Shown here piece after piece: positions 13,240 to 24,899 of a DNA stretch of 64,000 bases (its first letter is position 1; each line of letters starts with the position of its first letter). The notes beneath the pieces are model-generated. The model made no database searches and was not told where the DNA came from. It saw nothing but the letters and a program-made list of their open reading frames with translations. The stretch is from Sminthopsis crassicaudata (lineage: Eukaryota). The translations under genes were made by a program, and so were the position numbers. The stretch spans positions 95,852,001 to 95,916,000 of the forward strand of contig NC_133622.1 of assembly GCF_048593235.1 (NCBI RefSeq), read 5' to 3'.

Positions 13240-13465
13240 GAGGTGTTCCAATGGCCATGAAGCAGATGCTGTGGATCACTCAGAGCTTGATCAGAGATCA
13301 AAGATGCCAAGATCATCCACTGCATTCAGAGCTATTGCTGATCATCTTGCCTTTTTTCTTGCCACTAGACCTTGATGAAAGAATGAAGTTGACGACTTTG
13401 TGTAACTCTGTCTCACTTAAATCCAATTCACATACAAGTCAAGACATCACCCCAAACAATAATGA
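13240..13465 (+). mobile_element. WALLSI/RTE-SINE 3' half
   Basis: tgttccaatggccatgaag...aagatcatccactgc...cttgccactagac...tcacttaaatccaattcacatacaagtcaagacatcacccc. Confidence 0.75.
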
Positions 13466-13469
13466 AAGA

Positions 13470-13900
13470 TGAATGCCTACTTTATTTCTAATTCTTTGCT
13501 ATCACAAAAGCATTGCTATAAATATTTTGTTGTATATGAGGATTTTCTTCTCATTAGTGACCTTTTTTGCGGTATGAGTCTAGTAGTCTAACCTCTGGAT
13601 TATTGTCAAAATTCTTAAATGCTTTCCAAAGTGATGGTACTAATTCACAACTCTATCAGCAATGCATTAGTGTGTCTATATTACCCCTCCATCATTAACT
13701 ATTCTCATCTTTTGTTATCTTTGTCAGTTTGGGGGATATGGGGCTTTCTCTCCTAATTTTTTAATAATATGATCTTTAATATTAAGGTCATAATCCATTT
13801 AGAATGTTGATTTTTCATTAGTGTTCAAATTTACATAGTTATTAAACTACAAAGTGTTCCTTGGTTTGTCTCAACTATGGTTTTTGTATAGGATTGGGGA
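13470..13900 (-). mobile_element. Old L1 fragment
   Basis: ttctaattctttgctatcacaaaagcattgctataaatatttt...gctttccaaagtgatggtactaattcacaactctatcagcaatgcattagtgt are reverse L1 ORF2 C-terminal motifs. Confidence 0.75.
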
Positions 13901-14104
13901 ATTTTAGTCTTTGGAAGAAATAGCTCAGACAACAACACTTGATAAGCATTGTATTCTGATCATCTGAGAACTATTTAACTTAATCTCAAGGCCCATAAAT
14001 AGACATAATTCACCAGCACTATGAAAACTTGCCTCTCTATAAGGGAATTTGATCTGAAGATTCCCTCATGGTGAGAAATAGCTCCAATCAGCAGTTTAGT
14101 AGGA

Positions 14105-14480
14105 TTGCTGCTTTTTGTTTGTTTGTTTGTTTTTGAAGATGACCAGAAGGCCTATGAATGAATTGGATTTAAATAAGTGTGGGCTATGAAAAGTCATGAG
14201 CCTCACTTTCTCCTCCAGAGTCATCAGGTCCAGTGGCAAGATATAGATCAGGATGATTGGAGATGGCTCTGAATGCTGTGGGAGCCTTGGTCTTTTAAAG
14301 CCAAACAAGTCTCAATTTGACTGAATAAGCCCATTCAGTGCTTATGACTGAGTAAAAGTTGAGGCAAAAAAACAGCCTCTCTAACCTAGTCAAAAAAAAA
14401 AAAAAATCTTATCTGGGAAGGGAAGACCCTCAGGGTTTCTGGCCAAAATAGGAACAACTGTTATTTACTTTCACTCTGAG
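14105..14480 (-). mobile_element. WALLSI-type marsupial RTE-mobilised SINE
   Basis: gaattggatttaaat...cctcactttctcctccagagtcatcaggtccagtggcaagatatagatcaggatgattggagatggc; reverse of the tail seen at 13240-13465. Confidence 0.75.
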
Positions 14481-14689
14481 GCAGGGCCCAAACAATGATT
14501 AATTGGGACTTGGTCTGGGCCTTATTGCTGGCTTGGGCAGAAGAAAGAGTGAAGGGATGTATTTTTGAGCATGTTTGGAGACAGTTTTTTAAAAGACCCT
14601 GTAATGTTGAACCAAACTGAGTTGGTTGTCTTTGAAGCATTCTCTGATCCATTCCTTCAGTGGGTTGCTTGCCCAGTTAGTGAAGAAAG

Positions 14690-15600
14690 CTGTAGCAAAA
14701 GCTAATTTCCTTTGTCCAGAAAAGGACAGCATGGAGCAGTGGAAAGAGTCCTGGTAGAAAGATTCTTTCAGGGTTAGGGATTGGCTGGTATGAACAAGTA
14801 AACAGAGATATTGGTCATGAAATCAAAGCTCCAGGGTTGGAAGCTCTAAATTCATAATCTCATTATTCTTTTTTAAGGTAAGTAAAGATCTCCAAGAAGA
14901 AGGAAGCAGACACAAAATGTAGCTGGTGTATTTGTCTGTTGACAGTAACAAAGAATCCCCAAATCTCCAAATCATGCACCTTTGGAAAAAGCTGTTCTCT
15001 TTGTTCACCCTTGCCTTTCAGCCCTGACATTGAACTGGACGAGAACTGTTTTGAAAATAAATGTGCAAGATAATTCCAGGATGAAATAGCTCATATTATC
15101 TGGTGTGAAGAAAATAGATGTATAAGGTCACACATGTATGATTGTGATGCAGAAGCGAGAAAAAAAAAAAAAAAAAAAAACGACTACAACAATTTAAGTT
15201 CAGTGGGTACTGAAAGATTCTTGAAACTGAAGCTTATAGGTAACTTTTCCCTTTATAGACCTCCATGTCCTTGAAAAGTTAATTTTTAAAAAATCTCTGG
15301 TTACAGGAGGCTTAGCATAACGATGGAAGTTGAAAGCTTCCCAGGTAAAGATCCTTCAAAGAAGAAATGACTGGTGATAGGGATGGATAAAAGTCAACAG
15401 TTTATACCAGTCAATTGCTTTTAAGATTTTCATCAAATGCATCCCTGCAGTTGAAACTTACCAGAGAAGCTTCCCAACTGAGTTAAAAAATCATAAAACA
15501 TCGACAATGTTGTCTTTGTTTCTCTGTGGCTTTCAGATGTTGGAAGACAGCAACTGAACTGTATATCAACTTACTTTTTCTCCCCACCTTGTTTTTGAAA
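14690..15600 (+). promoter_or_regulatory. Candidate alternative promoter / 5' exon cluster (unverified)
   Basis: No repeat recognised; ATTGG 14780, GTAAACA 14798; donors AAG|GTAAGT 14878, TAG|GTAACT 15240, CAG|GTAAAG 15345; acceptors at 15021, 15306, 15536; 5 CpGs in 15030-15510. Confidence 0.3.
15323..15344 (+). CDS. Candidate coding start of a mini-exon, MEVESFP + 1 nt (unverified)
   Basis: ttacag acceptor (15306), Kozak aacgATGG (A at -3, G at +4), phase-1 donor CAG|GTAAAG. No protein recognised. Confidence 0.2.
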
Positions 15601-15869
15601 AAAAAAAAATTTTTTTTTTTTTACCCTAAGGTATAGCACAACAGTCATGCCTTAAGCAAAAAGGTTTTTAGGCTTTATCAGCTAGAAAAAAATTACTTTG
15701 TTGGTGATGTGCTTACATCTCTTTTTCTATATTTTACAGACAAAGGACTATACCATTTGCTTATAAAACATCATTTTAAAACACAGATATGGATTTTGTC
15801 ATAATTTTTATTTGTTATCAAAATTTTGGTATCTTAGTAATTTTTCCAAATGTTCAAAATGTTTTCTGC

Positions 15870-16740
15870 ATGCTTGTCATTGTGAGGTTACTGAAAATAT
15901 TTTAATTGCTAAACCAAATGGCCTTTTCTTTGCTCTCATCCTATTTATCCTTTTCACAACTTTTGCTGACCAATCCTTTTGTTTGAATGAATAGCCTCTT
16001 TTCCCTTGGCTTCTGAGATACTGTTCTCCTTTAGTCTTCATCCTTGCGGGATCATCTTCTATGTATGTCCCATGACCTAATTTGGATATATCAGGTCTTT
16101 CTTGTTATCTCTATTTCCATCGAGTTATCTCAGTAAATATGACTTCCAAATCTATGTAGCCAGCCTTGTCCCAATTGAGGTACAATAGTATACCCCCAGC
16201 TTTTGCTATATAGCTTTACTTGTAAATCCCAAAAGCATCTTGGGCTCAGGTTGTCCAAAATGAAACTCATTATCTTCCGTCTAGATTCTATCATTCATGC
16301 TAACTTTGCTGTTTCTCTTGAGGGGTCCACTATTCTTTCAGTCACTTAGGATCACAACCTTGAATTTATATTTGATCCTTCACTTTCAATATCCAATCAC
16401 TTGTCAAATCTTTTTGATTTTAACCTTAGCAACAGCTCTCAATCTCTCAGCTATATCCTCTTCTTCTCTCTCACATTTTCCCCATCCCCTCCATCCCTCA
16501 GTTCAGGTCCACACCATCAATCAAATTCATAGACTATTGCAATAGCCTCCTAATTTGTCTCCCTGCTTACAGTCTCTCCACAATTCTATCTTCTACATAG
16601 CTACAAAATCCATATTTTTATAGTTTTATTTTGACCTTGTCACTTCTCAAAAAACTTCCATGAACTTAGTGAAGTTATGGTAAAACACACAATTCTCTTT
16701 AGATATTGAAAGTCCTTCACAATCTGGTACCAAGTTTTAA
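15870..16740 (+). mobile_element. L2 LINE ORF2/3' fragment
   Basis: gaggttactgaaaatattttaattgctaaaccaaatggcc (~KVTNDLL.AK.NG), atgaaactcattatcttcc and gactattgcaatagcctcctaa (DYCNSLL). Confidence 0.85.
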
Positions 16741-17297
16741 TTTTAGATTGCTATTTTCTCTCACCTTCTTTACAATCCTAAAAACTGTTTAAGTGACTTG
16801 ACCAAGTTCACCTTCCCTATATGTATCAGAGGCAAAGCTTGCATTTAGCTCCAAGCTCTGTTCTCTGTGCACTCCTCCAAAATCTCATCATTACTTCTAT
16901 ATTAACGCTACCATATACACAAACACTCATATTTGTAGTCACTTAAAACTTTTCCAAGAATTTTCTTCACAGTAACTTTGTGAGAGTTAGCTCTGTTTTA
17001 AAGTGTTGTATAGAGATATCTCTTTACAAGACTCAAGTATTTTGCCTATGGATTGATTCACAGCTAGGAGATTTCTAAGCTCATATTTGAATCTGGTTTT
17101 CCTGATTCTTGACCCTAAAGCATGGAGTTCACTCTATCATTTTCTGCATTTATACTATATAGTCTCAGGGTTGATTCACTAAAATGATTTTAAAAACCCT
17201 TTCAAATATTGATTTATAATAAATCTATTTTGAAAGAATCACATTTTGTGATTTTAAAAAGTAAAAGTATTCCATTTATTCTATGTAAAATAAATAT

Positions 17298-17887
17298 TGT
17301 TGAGTCAGACTCATGTTCTTCCCCTCATGAGGGCAGGGGAAAGGTGAACTATCTGACACAGCATCAGAGTTCAGGCACGCCTGGTGCTTGGGAACCATCA
17401 ACAACTGTGGAGATAGGAGGTGAGTAAAGTAAGGTTTATTCTTACACTTATGATGAGACTGTTTGAGCAGGAAAAGGGATTCCATCAAGATGGATCATCC
17501 TCAAGAGGAAAATGGAGTCAGAGATTTGACTATAAGGAGGATTTATATAAGGTCTAAAATAAGATGTGATCTCTTTTTTCCCCCACAGAATCTTAGGCAA
17601 GGGAATAAGGCATAGACAGAGCCTGATACCAAGTCAGTCCCAAAGAAGCAGTAAACGGGGTTTTGGTTGATGATCTCAGAAATGGGGCCTAGATTCCTTC
17701 ACATCCAAAAGGCAAGGGAAAGGATGACTGTAGTAAAGGGGCTGGGTTATTTTGGGGACCATAAAGAGTACCTGAGTAAGTGAGCCAAAGGTGGTTACAA
17801 CTCAACTCCCTTCTGTAGCCTCTCTTAATTTATGAATGAAGAGGACAACAGGATCTAGGTCCATACCACCTCTTTATCCCATTCACA
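17298..17887 (-). mobile_element. Solo LTR (ERV)
   Basis: TGT...ACA termini, 590 bp; reverse AATAAA 17435-17440 and reverse TATAAA 17542-17549; taaata on both sides (17291-17296, one base off the terminus; 17888-17893) as possible TSD. Confidence 0.7.
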
Positions 17888-17989
17888 TAAATACCTAAAG
17901 GGGCAAAGCTGAAGATTTCACAAGCAGGATGAAGCTAGTGAACCCTACTTTTGAAGTAAATAGTCAGTATTTCTTATTTTTGATATGTT

Positions 17990-18160
17990 TGGTGATTCAC
18001 TGGGAATTGTAAAGTACTAGATTTAAATCCTGCTTTCAATGATATTAGCTGTGTTGGGAAGCTATTCACTACCTTTCTGAGCCTTCATTTCCCCACATGC
18101 AAAATGAGGATAATAATGTCTGGACTTTCTCACAAGACTATTGTGGGGCTCAAATGAACA
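17990..18160 (+). mobile_element. MIR SINE
   Basis: tttaaatcctgct...agctgtgttgggaagctattcactacctttctgagccttcatttccccacatgcaaaatgaggataataa. Confidence 0.8.
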
Positions 18161-18351
18161 TTAAAAAATCCAAGTAATAGTTGTTTTGCTCTTAAGATTG
18201 GGAGACCATACCAGACTTGCTTAAGCTCTGTTACTCTACTAACAAATAAGTTCTGGCTTAGGACAATTTTGGATTCTTTGCTACTAGCTACCTTTTTTCA
18301 TTTAGATTTAACAGAAATTATCTCTGATTATGGTCAGCATGAGAAGTGTAG

Positions 18352-18557
18352 TGAAGGAATATCAACCATGCAGTCCACAGAACTCCTGAATATACCCATC
18401 ATATTAAAATGTAATTGGTAAATATTTAACAAAATAATTAGAAAACCCAACAAAACAGAGATAGCATTAATAAATGGTTTCATAAGTCAAAGGAACCTGT
18501 AGGGATTCTTTTTGTTTGCATTAATGATCCCTCATTATATTTGAGTCTAACACCATT
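18352..18557. mobile_element. hAT-Charlie-like MITE, copy 2 of 3
   Basis: catattaaaatgtaattgg...aagtcaa...tgtagggattc...tatttgagtctaacacca; homologous to 1071-1283. Confidence 0.6.
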
Positions 18558-20199
18558 AGTACAGTGAATAGAAAGGAGTCTGTACGATCTGGATTTTAGA
18601 CCTGTATTTGACACATACAAACTGTGTGAGTCTGGACAAGTCATATTATTTCTTTATTCCCTGGTTAACTCTCTAAAACAGAAGTTTAAAATTCATTCTG
18701 TTCAACTGCAATCCAGTTTCTTCACAAAGAGCTCCCTAGATCATTGATATAATAGTTCAAGGTCTAAAAATTAAAATGGACAGTTATGGAACAGTTGCTG
18801 TCATACGACTTACTGGGACTATCTGTACTGTCCTAATAAATTTGAACTTGGTTAATTATATTTTGCCTCCTTAAAATCCTTCTGGATACTGTGCAGGAGT
18901 CCAAAGAACTTAATGCATCTTTGAAGCTATTAAGACTTAAAACTACAGCTTTAAGTTATGACACTCTGTGGCAAAATTTGTCATACCACCCTAGTTATAG
19001 CTATAATTTTACTTTTGGAAATTTGATGTTATTTTAAAATATTTTTAATCATAAACTTGGACATAAAAGATGAACATTTCAGCATACAAAGAAGAAAAAC
19101 AAGTATTATATTTAAAATTATCAATCTCTGGTGATATGATTTGGTTTTTAAAAGTATATATTACATGTAGTACTGAAACAATAAAATTCCTCTGTTTAAT
19201 TGTCCTTTTCTGAACTTCTTTTGTTCTGTACATTTTTAAATGTTTTATTTGTGTTTTTTTCCTATAATCTTTCCTGATATCTACTAGTTCACCCAGTCCC
19301 TATCTTCACTGATGTAAGCTTTCTCTTATAACAACTACATATATATAGTCAAGACACATAAAGAAACAAAATATAACTAGTGCCTTAATAGCTTGAAACT
19401 ATTGGTACTAAAATATTTTGGGACATCTTGTATAATATCTACAAAGATTTGAAGATGGAAAAATAAATTAATCCAATGGGAATTCAGCCAGGATAGCTAG
19501 ACTATGAAAGTATCAGTACTTGGCAGGTATGCCATGGTGCAACATCAGTTTCCACATACAAATTTGCCCTTGCATTTTACACTTGATTTACCATTTCTTG
19601 CTACCATTTAGGACGCAGACTTCTCTGGAGCAGAGACCACATTTATGGAGCTACCATAATTACTCCTTGGCAAGAAATAAAAGCTTACCAAGGTTCAAGC
19701 TGGGACCATCAACCCTATTTCATTGCATTCTCTGAAAATGAAATTAGTACTAGTACTTCCCTTTGTAGCTATAGTGATTGAGTGATTATCTCACTTCTCA
19801 AGCATCTTTTATCTATTAGTAGATGTCTGTTATATATTGAAACTTTCACTTCTCTATTAGGAAGTCTATATTAAATAACACACTGATCTCTTTTTTTGGC
19901 ATCCTATGAAGAGAATTTTTTTTTTACTTTTTAAAGAAAATATTTTTTTTGATTGAGAGCTTTTTGGAAGTATATGATCATGTAATATATATCATAATGT
20001 ATATAATATTATATTACAATAGCTATAATGTGGTAGAACAGAGGAAGCCCTAACCACTCTTCTCATTTCTAATTTTGCATTTCCAATAGTCTATCAAATG
20101 TCTTGAAACTGATGCCTCATAAACATATTATATTCAACATATTCAAAACTGAATTCAGTATTTCTCCACCTAATCCCTTTCTTCTTTCTAAACGTCCTT

Positions 20200-20580
20200 A
20201 TTTTTATTTTTTTATTTTCAAAATACATGCAAAGATAGTTTTCGACATTCACCCTTGCAAATTCTTGTGTCCCAAAATTTTCTCCCTTTCTTACCTCTCC
20301 CCTAGACATCAAATAATCTAATATATGTTAAACAGTGCAATTCTTCTATACATATTTCCATATTTACCATGATGCACAAGAAAAATCAGATCAAAAAGGA
20401 AAAAAATAAGAAAAAAGCAAGGAAACAACAACAAAAAAGGTGAAAATACTATGCTGTGATCTACATTAAGTTGGCACAGTCCTCTCTCTGAATGCTGAAT
20501 GGCTTTCTCAATCACAAGTCTATTTCTGAAAAGAGCCATATCCATCAGAGTTGCTCATCACATGATCTTGTTACTGTGAA
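20200..20580 (-). mobile_element. L1 3' end
   Basis: T-rich tail, aaatacatgcaaagatagttttcgacattc, marsupial L1 3'UTR. Confidence 0.9.
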
Positions 20581-20878
20581 TATGAATGTAATGGAATATT
20601 ATTGTTCTACAAGAAATGATGAGTGGGCAGAAAAGCCTGGAAATACTTATGAACTTATGATGAGGGAAACAAGAAGAACCATTGTACATAGTAATAACAA
20701 TATTATGTAATGATCAATGGAAATGGACTTGGCTTTTCTCAACAATGCAGTGATTCAAAGCAATTTCAATTGACTTTTGATGGAAAATGCCATCCGCACT
20801 CAGAAAGATTACTATGGAGACAATGTATATCAAAGTACATTATTTTTATGTTTTTTGTTTGTTTGCTTGTTTCCTTTC

Positions 20879-20914
<36 letters not shown>

Positions 20915-21125
20915 TTTGGTCTAATTTTTCTTGCAGGACATGACAAATATGGAAATATGGTTAAAATAATTGCTCATATTTAACCTAAATCTAATTGCTT
21001 GCTATCTTGGAGAAGGGAAAGGTAAGACAAAGTGGAAGAAAAATGTGGAATACAAAGTCTTACAAAAATGAATGTTGAAAACTATCTTTACATGTATTTG
21101 GAAAAATAAAATGCTACTAAAAAAC
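20581..21125 (+). mobile_element. L1 3' end
   Basis: gtaatggaatattattgttctacaagaaatgat...gaatgttgaaaactatctttacatgtatttggaaaaataaaa plus A-tail. Confidence 0.9.
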
Positions 21126-21396
21126 TCCACTACTACTTACTAGTTCACCTATCTAATATAGTGATGTCATTTTGGTCCTATTCAAGAGCAAAGGATAACC
21201 ACCAACTAGTCACCTATATCACTGTACCCATTAGTATAAGTCTTTTCTTGTTTAAAAAAATAGTGGAACAAAACAAATGGCCAAAGTAGAATGTGAATGC
21301 ATATTTAATTCTGCCTCTCTGGTAGATCACCTGTCTAACAGCAAGAAGGAAACATCTTCTATCATCAGTTGTCTGAAATTATAACTGGTCACTAGT

Positions 21397-22017
21397 NNNN
21401 NNNNNNNNNNNNNNNNNNNNNNNNNNNNNNNNNNNNNNNNNNNNNNNNNNNNNNNNNNNNNNNNNNNNNNNNNNNNNNNNNNNNNNNNNNNNNNNNNNNN
21501 NNNNNNNNNNNNNNNNNNNNNNNNNNNNNNNNNNNNNNNNNNNNNNNNNNNNNNNNNNNNNNNNNNNNNNNNNNNNNNNNNNNNNNNNNNNNNNNNNNNN
21601 NNNNNNNNNNNNNNNNNNNNNNNNNNNNNNNNNNNNNNNNNNNNNNNNNNNNNNNNNNNNNNNNNNNNNNNNNNNNNNNNNNNNNNNNNNNNNNNNNNNN
21701 NNNNNNNNNNNNNNNNNNNNNNNNNNNNNNNNNNNNNNNNNNNNNNNNNNNNNNNNNNNNNNNNNNNNNNNNNNNNNNNNNNNNNNNNNNNNNNNNNNNN
21801 NNNNNNNNNNNNNNNNNNNNNNNNNNNNNNNNNNNNNNNNNNNNNNNNNNNNNNNNNNNNNNNNNNNNNNNNNNNNNNNNNNNNNNNNNNNNNNNNNNNN
21901 NNNNNNNNNNNNNNNNNNNNNNNNNNNNNNNNNNNNNNNNNNNNNNNNNNNNNNNNNNNNNNNNNNNNNNNNNNNNNNNNNNNNNNNNNNNNNNNNNNNN
22001 NNNNNNNNNNNNNNNNN
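21397..22017. other. Assembly gap (621 N). Other gaps: 25098-25236, 32275-32415, 44004-44171, 44964-45309, 54779-54923, 56713-57052
   Basis: Runs of N. Confidence 1.
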
Positions 22018-22399
22018 CAGAAAATGATTGTACTAAGAAAGTTGCAAATACAGATAGGCAAATGACAAATATACTCTGCTTGTTCACCACACTCAATTGT
22101 TGAAATAGCTTAATTTGATACCTAGGATAGGATCTTGTATGTAGTAGGTTCCTAATCAATATTTGTTGCATCATTAAGACACATAGGACTGTGTTGCTAA
22201 ACTAGAATGCTGTCTTGTAGTCTTGGTGAAATTATATTCTGGCAGCTCTAATTATGACTGCCAGCTAAGACCATACTATCAAGAACTACCTTGAAACCAG
22301 AGCTAGTTATTCTAGATTAATATACAGTGACCCTTCAATAAATCTTCATTCTGCAGAACCTTAGTCTAGGTTACATCACATCATAATTTATTCCATCCT

Positions 22400-22700
22400 T
22401 TTTAGAAAACTCTTGCAGTCATCTTCTACCTTACATACTATGATTTTCATCTTTTTCTATGACTTTAGCATTATAATTCATAATCATCTATTATTTTAAT
22501 ATCTATATCACTGATCTTCAGATTTAGAAGTTTCTCAACCTTCATGAATTTGAAAATTTCCATGGTTAATTCACTCTAACCATGCATTAAGAGTACTACA
22601 CTCTGTATCTTATTATTTAAAGGTTTACCTCTGAGATGTTTAATTTGATGCTGTTTTCTGACCATAAAATCTTTACCTGTTGACCCTTTATTCCTCTGCA
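22400..22700 (+). mobile_element. L2 endonuclease-region fragment
   Basis: tatgactttagcattata (~GDFNIH), cactctgtatcttattatt (~HTLDLVI), ttctgaccataaaatc (~SDH). Confidence 0.5.
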
Positions 22701-22899
22701 TCAGGAATTTCCCAACTCATTCTTCTTCCTAATAGACAAGTATGGATTAGTGGAAAAATCACTGGATTTGTTTTCAGATTTAAATCTCACTATTATTACA
22801 TAAAATTAGAATGGAAATTTATCTGAAAAAAAGATTTATCATATTTGTAGTGTATATAGAATTATGATTTTTACACTGAAGCTGTCATATGAGTATTAA

Positions 22900-23190
22900 T
22901 TAGAAAATACCCCACCAAGAATTATTTCCTACAATACATATTCCACTTGTTTCTACCAAAATAGCTGGCAAATTATGATCGCTCAGCAAAAAGGAAAGAA
23001 AAAAGAAAAAAATATATCATGAAGAGATCACTAGAGGTTTTCAGGAACAAAGAGGAGTAGAAGAATGGTACAATGAAGACACAGTATCAGAAACATCTGA
23101 AGATTTAAAATAATCAGCTAGGGCTTCAGCAGTCAAGGATCCAGAGAACAAAGCTCTTGAATTTACTGTAGTTTGCTACTAAGGATTCAT
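22900..23190 (+). mobile_element. Possible Tigger/pogo transposase C-terminal relic
   Basis: Reads ...QNSWQ... then RGFQEQRGVEEWYNEDTVSETSEDLK* and KALEF, reminiscent of the pogo-family acidic C-terminus. Confidence 0.25.
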
Positions 23191-24086
23191 GCTGTCACTA
23201 CATAAAACAATAGAATAATGAAAAGCAGTACAATTGAACAAGGACCAATTTGAAGTCTGTTAGAACATTCTGGCTATCAATGACATTAGATAAAGGACTT
23301 TTCCTTCATATGTCTTATGTTAAAGTCCTTTTAGAACTTTTTTTTGTAAACGACCAGTAAATTATGGTGAGTGTAAAAATTTTATTTTATTACTAGCCAC
23401 TACTCTGCTAATTGTAATTAATGGATGTAGTTTCTGGTAGAAAAGAACCCCAGCAAATTACAAAATGTTAAAGGCACTCTCACATAGCCTTTGATTCACA
23501 GTCATGGTCTAGACCATAGGACCTGTAAAGTGCTCTGGGAAGATGTCAGAAATTAAGTCAGATGGGGCATACATGTGAGTTGTATAAGTTATCCTGTGAG
23601 TTCTAAAGGGACACAGAAACCAAGCAGAGAAGTGAGTTGTTAAGCAGGAAGTTTGCATTAACTAGAGTATTCTTAGATAGTTCACAGAGCACAAAATGGC
23701 CAGAACTTACATAGTACAGATGGAGCTTAAGTAGCTTCCATATGGTCATATCATCAATATTTATAAAATAGAAGGGAATTAGTTGATGTGACCCTGTGTA
23801 CGTATGATATTTCAGCTATATATAGTAACTCCTAAGTTAATGAACTGCACTTGCTTATTTTAGATTAAGGTGACCTAAAGTCTTGATGGTAGAATCTTGA
23901 TGAATGATTGGCAATCAGATTGACATTGGCAGTGTTAGATTTGGAATCAGAAGGACCAGGGTTGGAATTCTACCTCGGTCTTTTACTAATTATGCAATTC
24001 TGATAAATCAATTCACTTCTCTGAGTTTCAGCGCCTTTATGTGTGAAATAAAGAAAATCATAGCATTTATCTCACAGGGTAATTTT

Positions 24087-24762
24087 TTATAGCATTCTAA
24101 TTTTTTTTTTCATTCCTTTTTTATTAAAGCTGTTTATTTTCAAAACACATGCATATATAATTCTCTTTTTATTAATTTTATAATTATAACTTTTTTTTTT
24201 GACAGAACATATGCTTGGGTAATTTTTTACAACATTATCCCTTGCACTCACTTCTGTTCCGAATTTTCCCCTCCTTCCCTCCACCACTTTCCCTAGAGGG
24301 CAAGCAGTCTTATACATGTTACATATGCTATAATATATCCTAGATACAATATATGTGTGCAGAACCGAATTTCTTGTTGCACAGGAAGAATTGGATTCAA
24401 AAGGTAAAAATAACCTGGGAAGAAAAACAAAAACATGCATATATAATTCTCAATATTCACCCTTGTAAAACCCTGTGCTCCAAATGTTTTTTCCTCCCTT
24501 TCTTTCCACTCTCCCCCAAACGGAAAGCAATCCAATATATTAAATATTGCAATTCTTCTATATATATTTATACAGTTATCATGATGCACACAAAAATCAA
24601 ATCAAAAAGGAAAAAAATGAGAAAGAAAACAAAATGCAAGCAAACAACAATAAAAAGAGTATAAAAATACTATGTTGTGATCCCCTCAGTCTTCAGTCCT
24701 CTCTCAGGGTGCAGATGTCATCAGAAGACCATTGGAACTTGCCTGAATTATCTCACTGTTGA
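24087..24762 (-). mobile_element. Older L1 3' end with 15-bp TSD
   Basis: TSD tcacagggtaatttt (24072-24086) / tcacagagtaatttt (24763-24777), 1 mismatch. Confidence 0.9.
24166..24432 (-). mobile_element. Young dasyurid-type L1 3' end with 19-bp TSD
   Basis: Perfect TSD acatgcatatataattctc (24147-24165 and 24433-24451); same family as 62034-62455. Confidence 0.93.
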
Positions 24763-24899
24763 TCACAGAGTAATTTTGAAGATAAAATGAGAATACTATA
24801 TATAAAGACATTTGCAAATCTTTTTAAAGTGCCATAGAAATGGGATGATGAGGATGAAGATGAGGGTGAAGATGAGGATGAGGAGTTGCAGTATCAGTA

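Larger units (their letters stand above)
23925..24850 (+). mobile_element. MIR SINE split by L1 (pieces approx. 23925-24086 and 24778-24850)
   Basis: MIR head/CORE on the left; MIR tail (gaagataaaatgagaatactatatataaagacatttgcaaa) resumes after the L1. Confidence 0.8.

Noticed and set aside
19689-19731. Minus-strand 43-nt exon-like segment (ttttcAG...GTAAGC)
   Set aside because: Stops in all three frames and no other support; plausible by chance
24843-24885. GATGAG/GATGAA acidic-codon-like repeat
   Set aside because: Simple trinucleotide-type repeat at the end of a MIR tail, not coding
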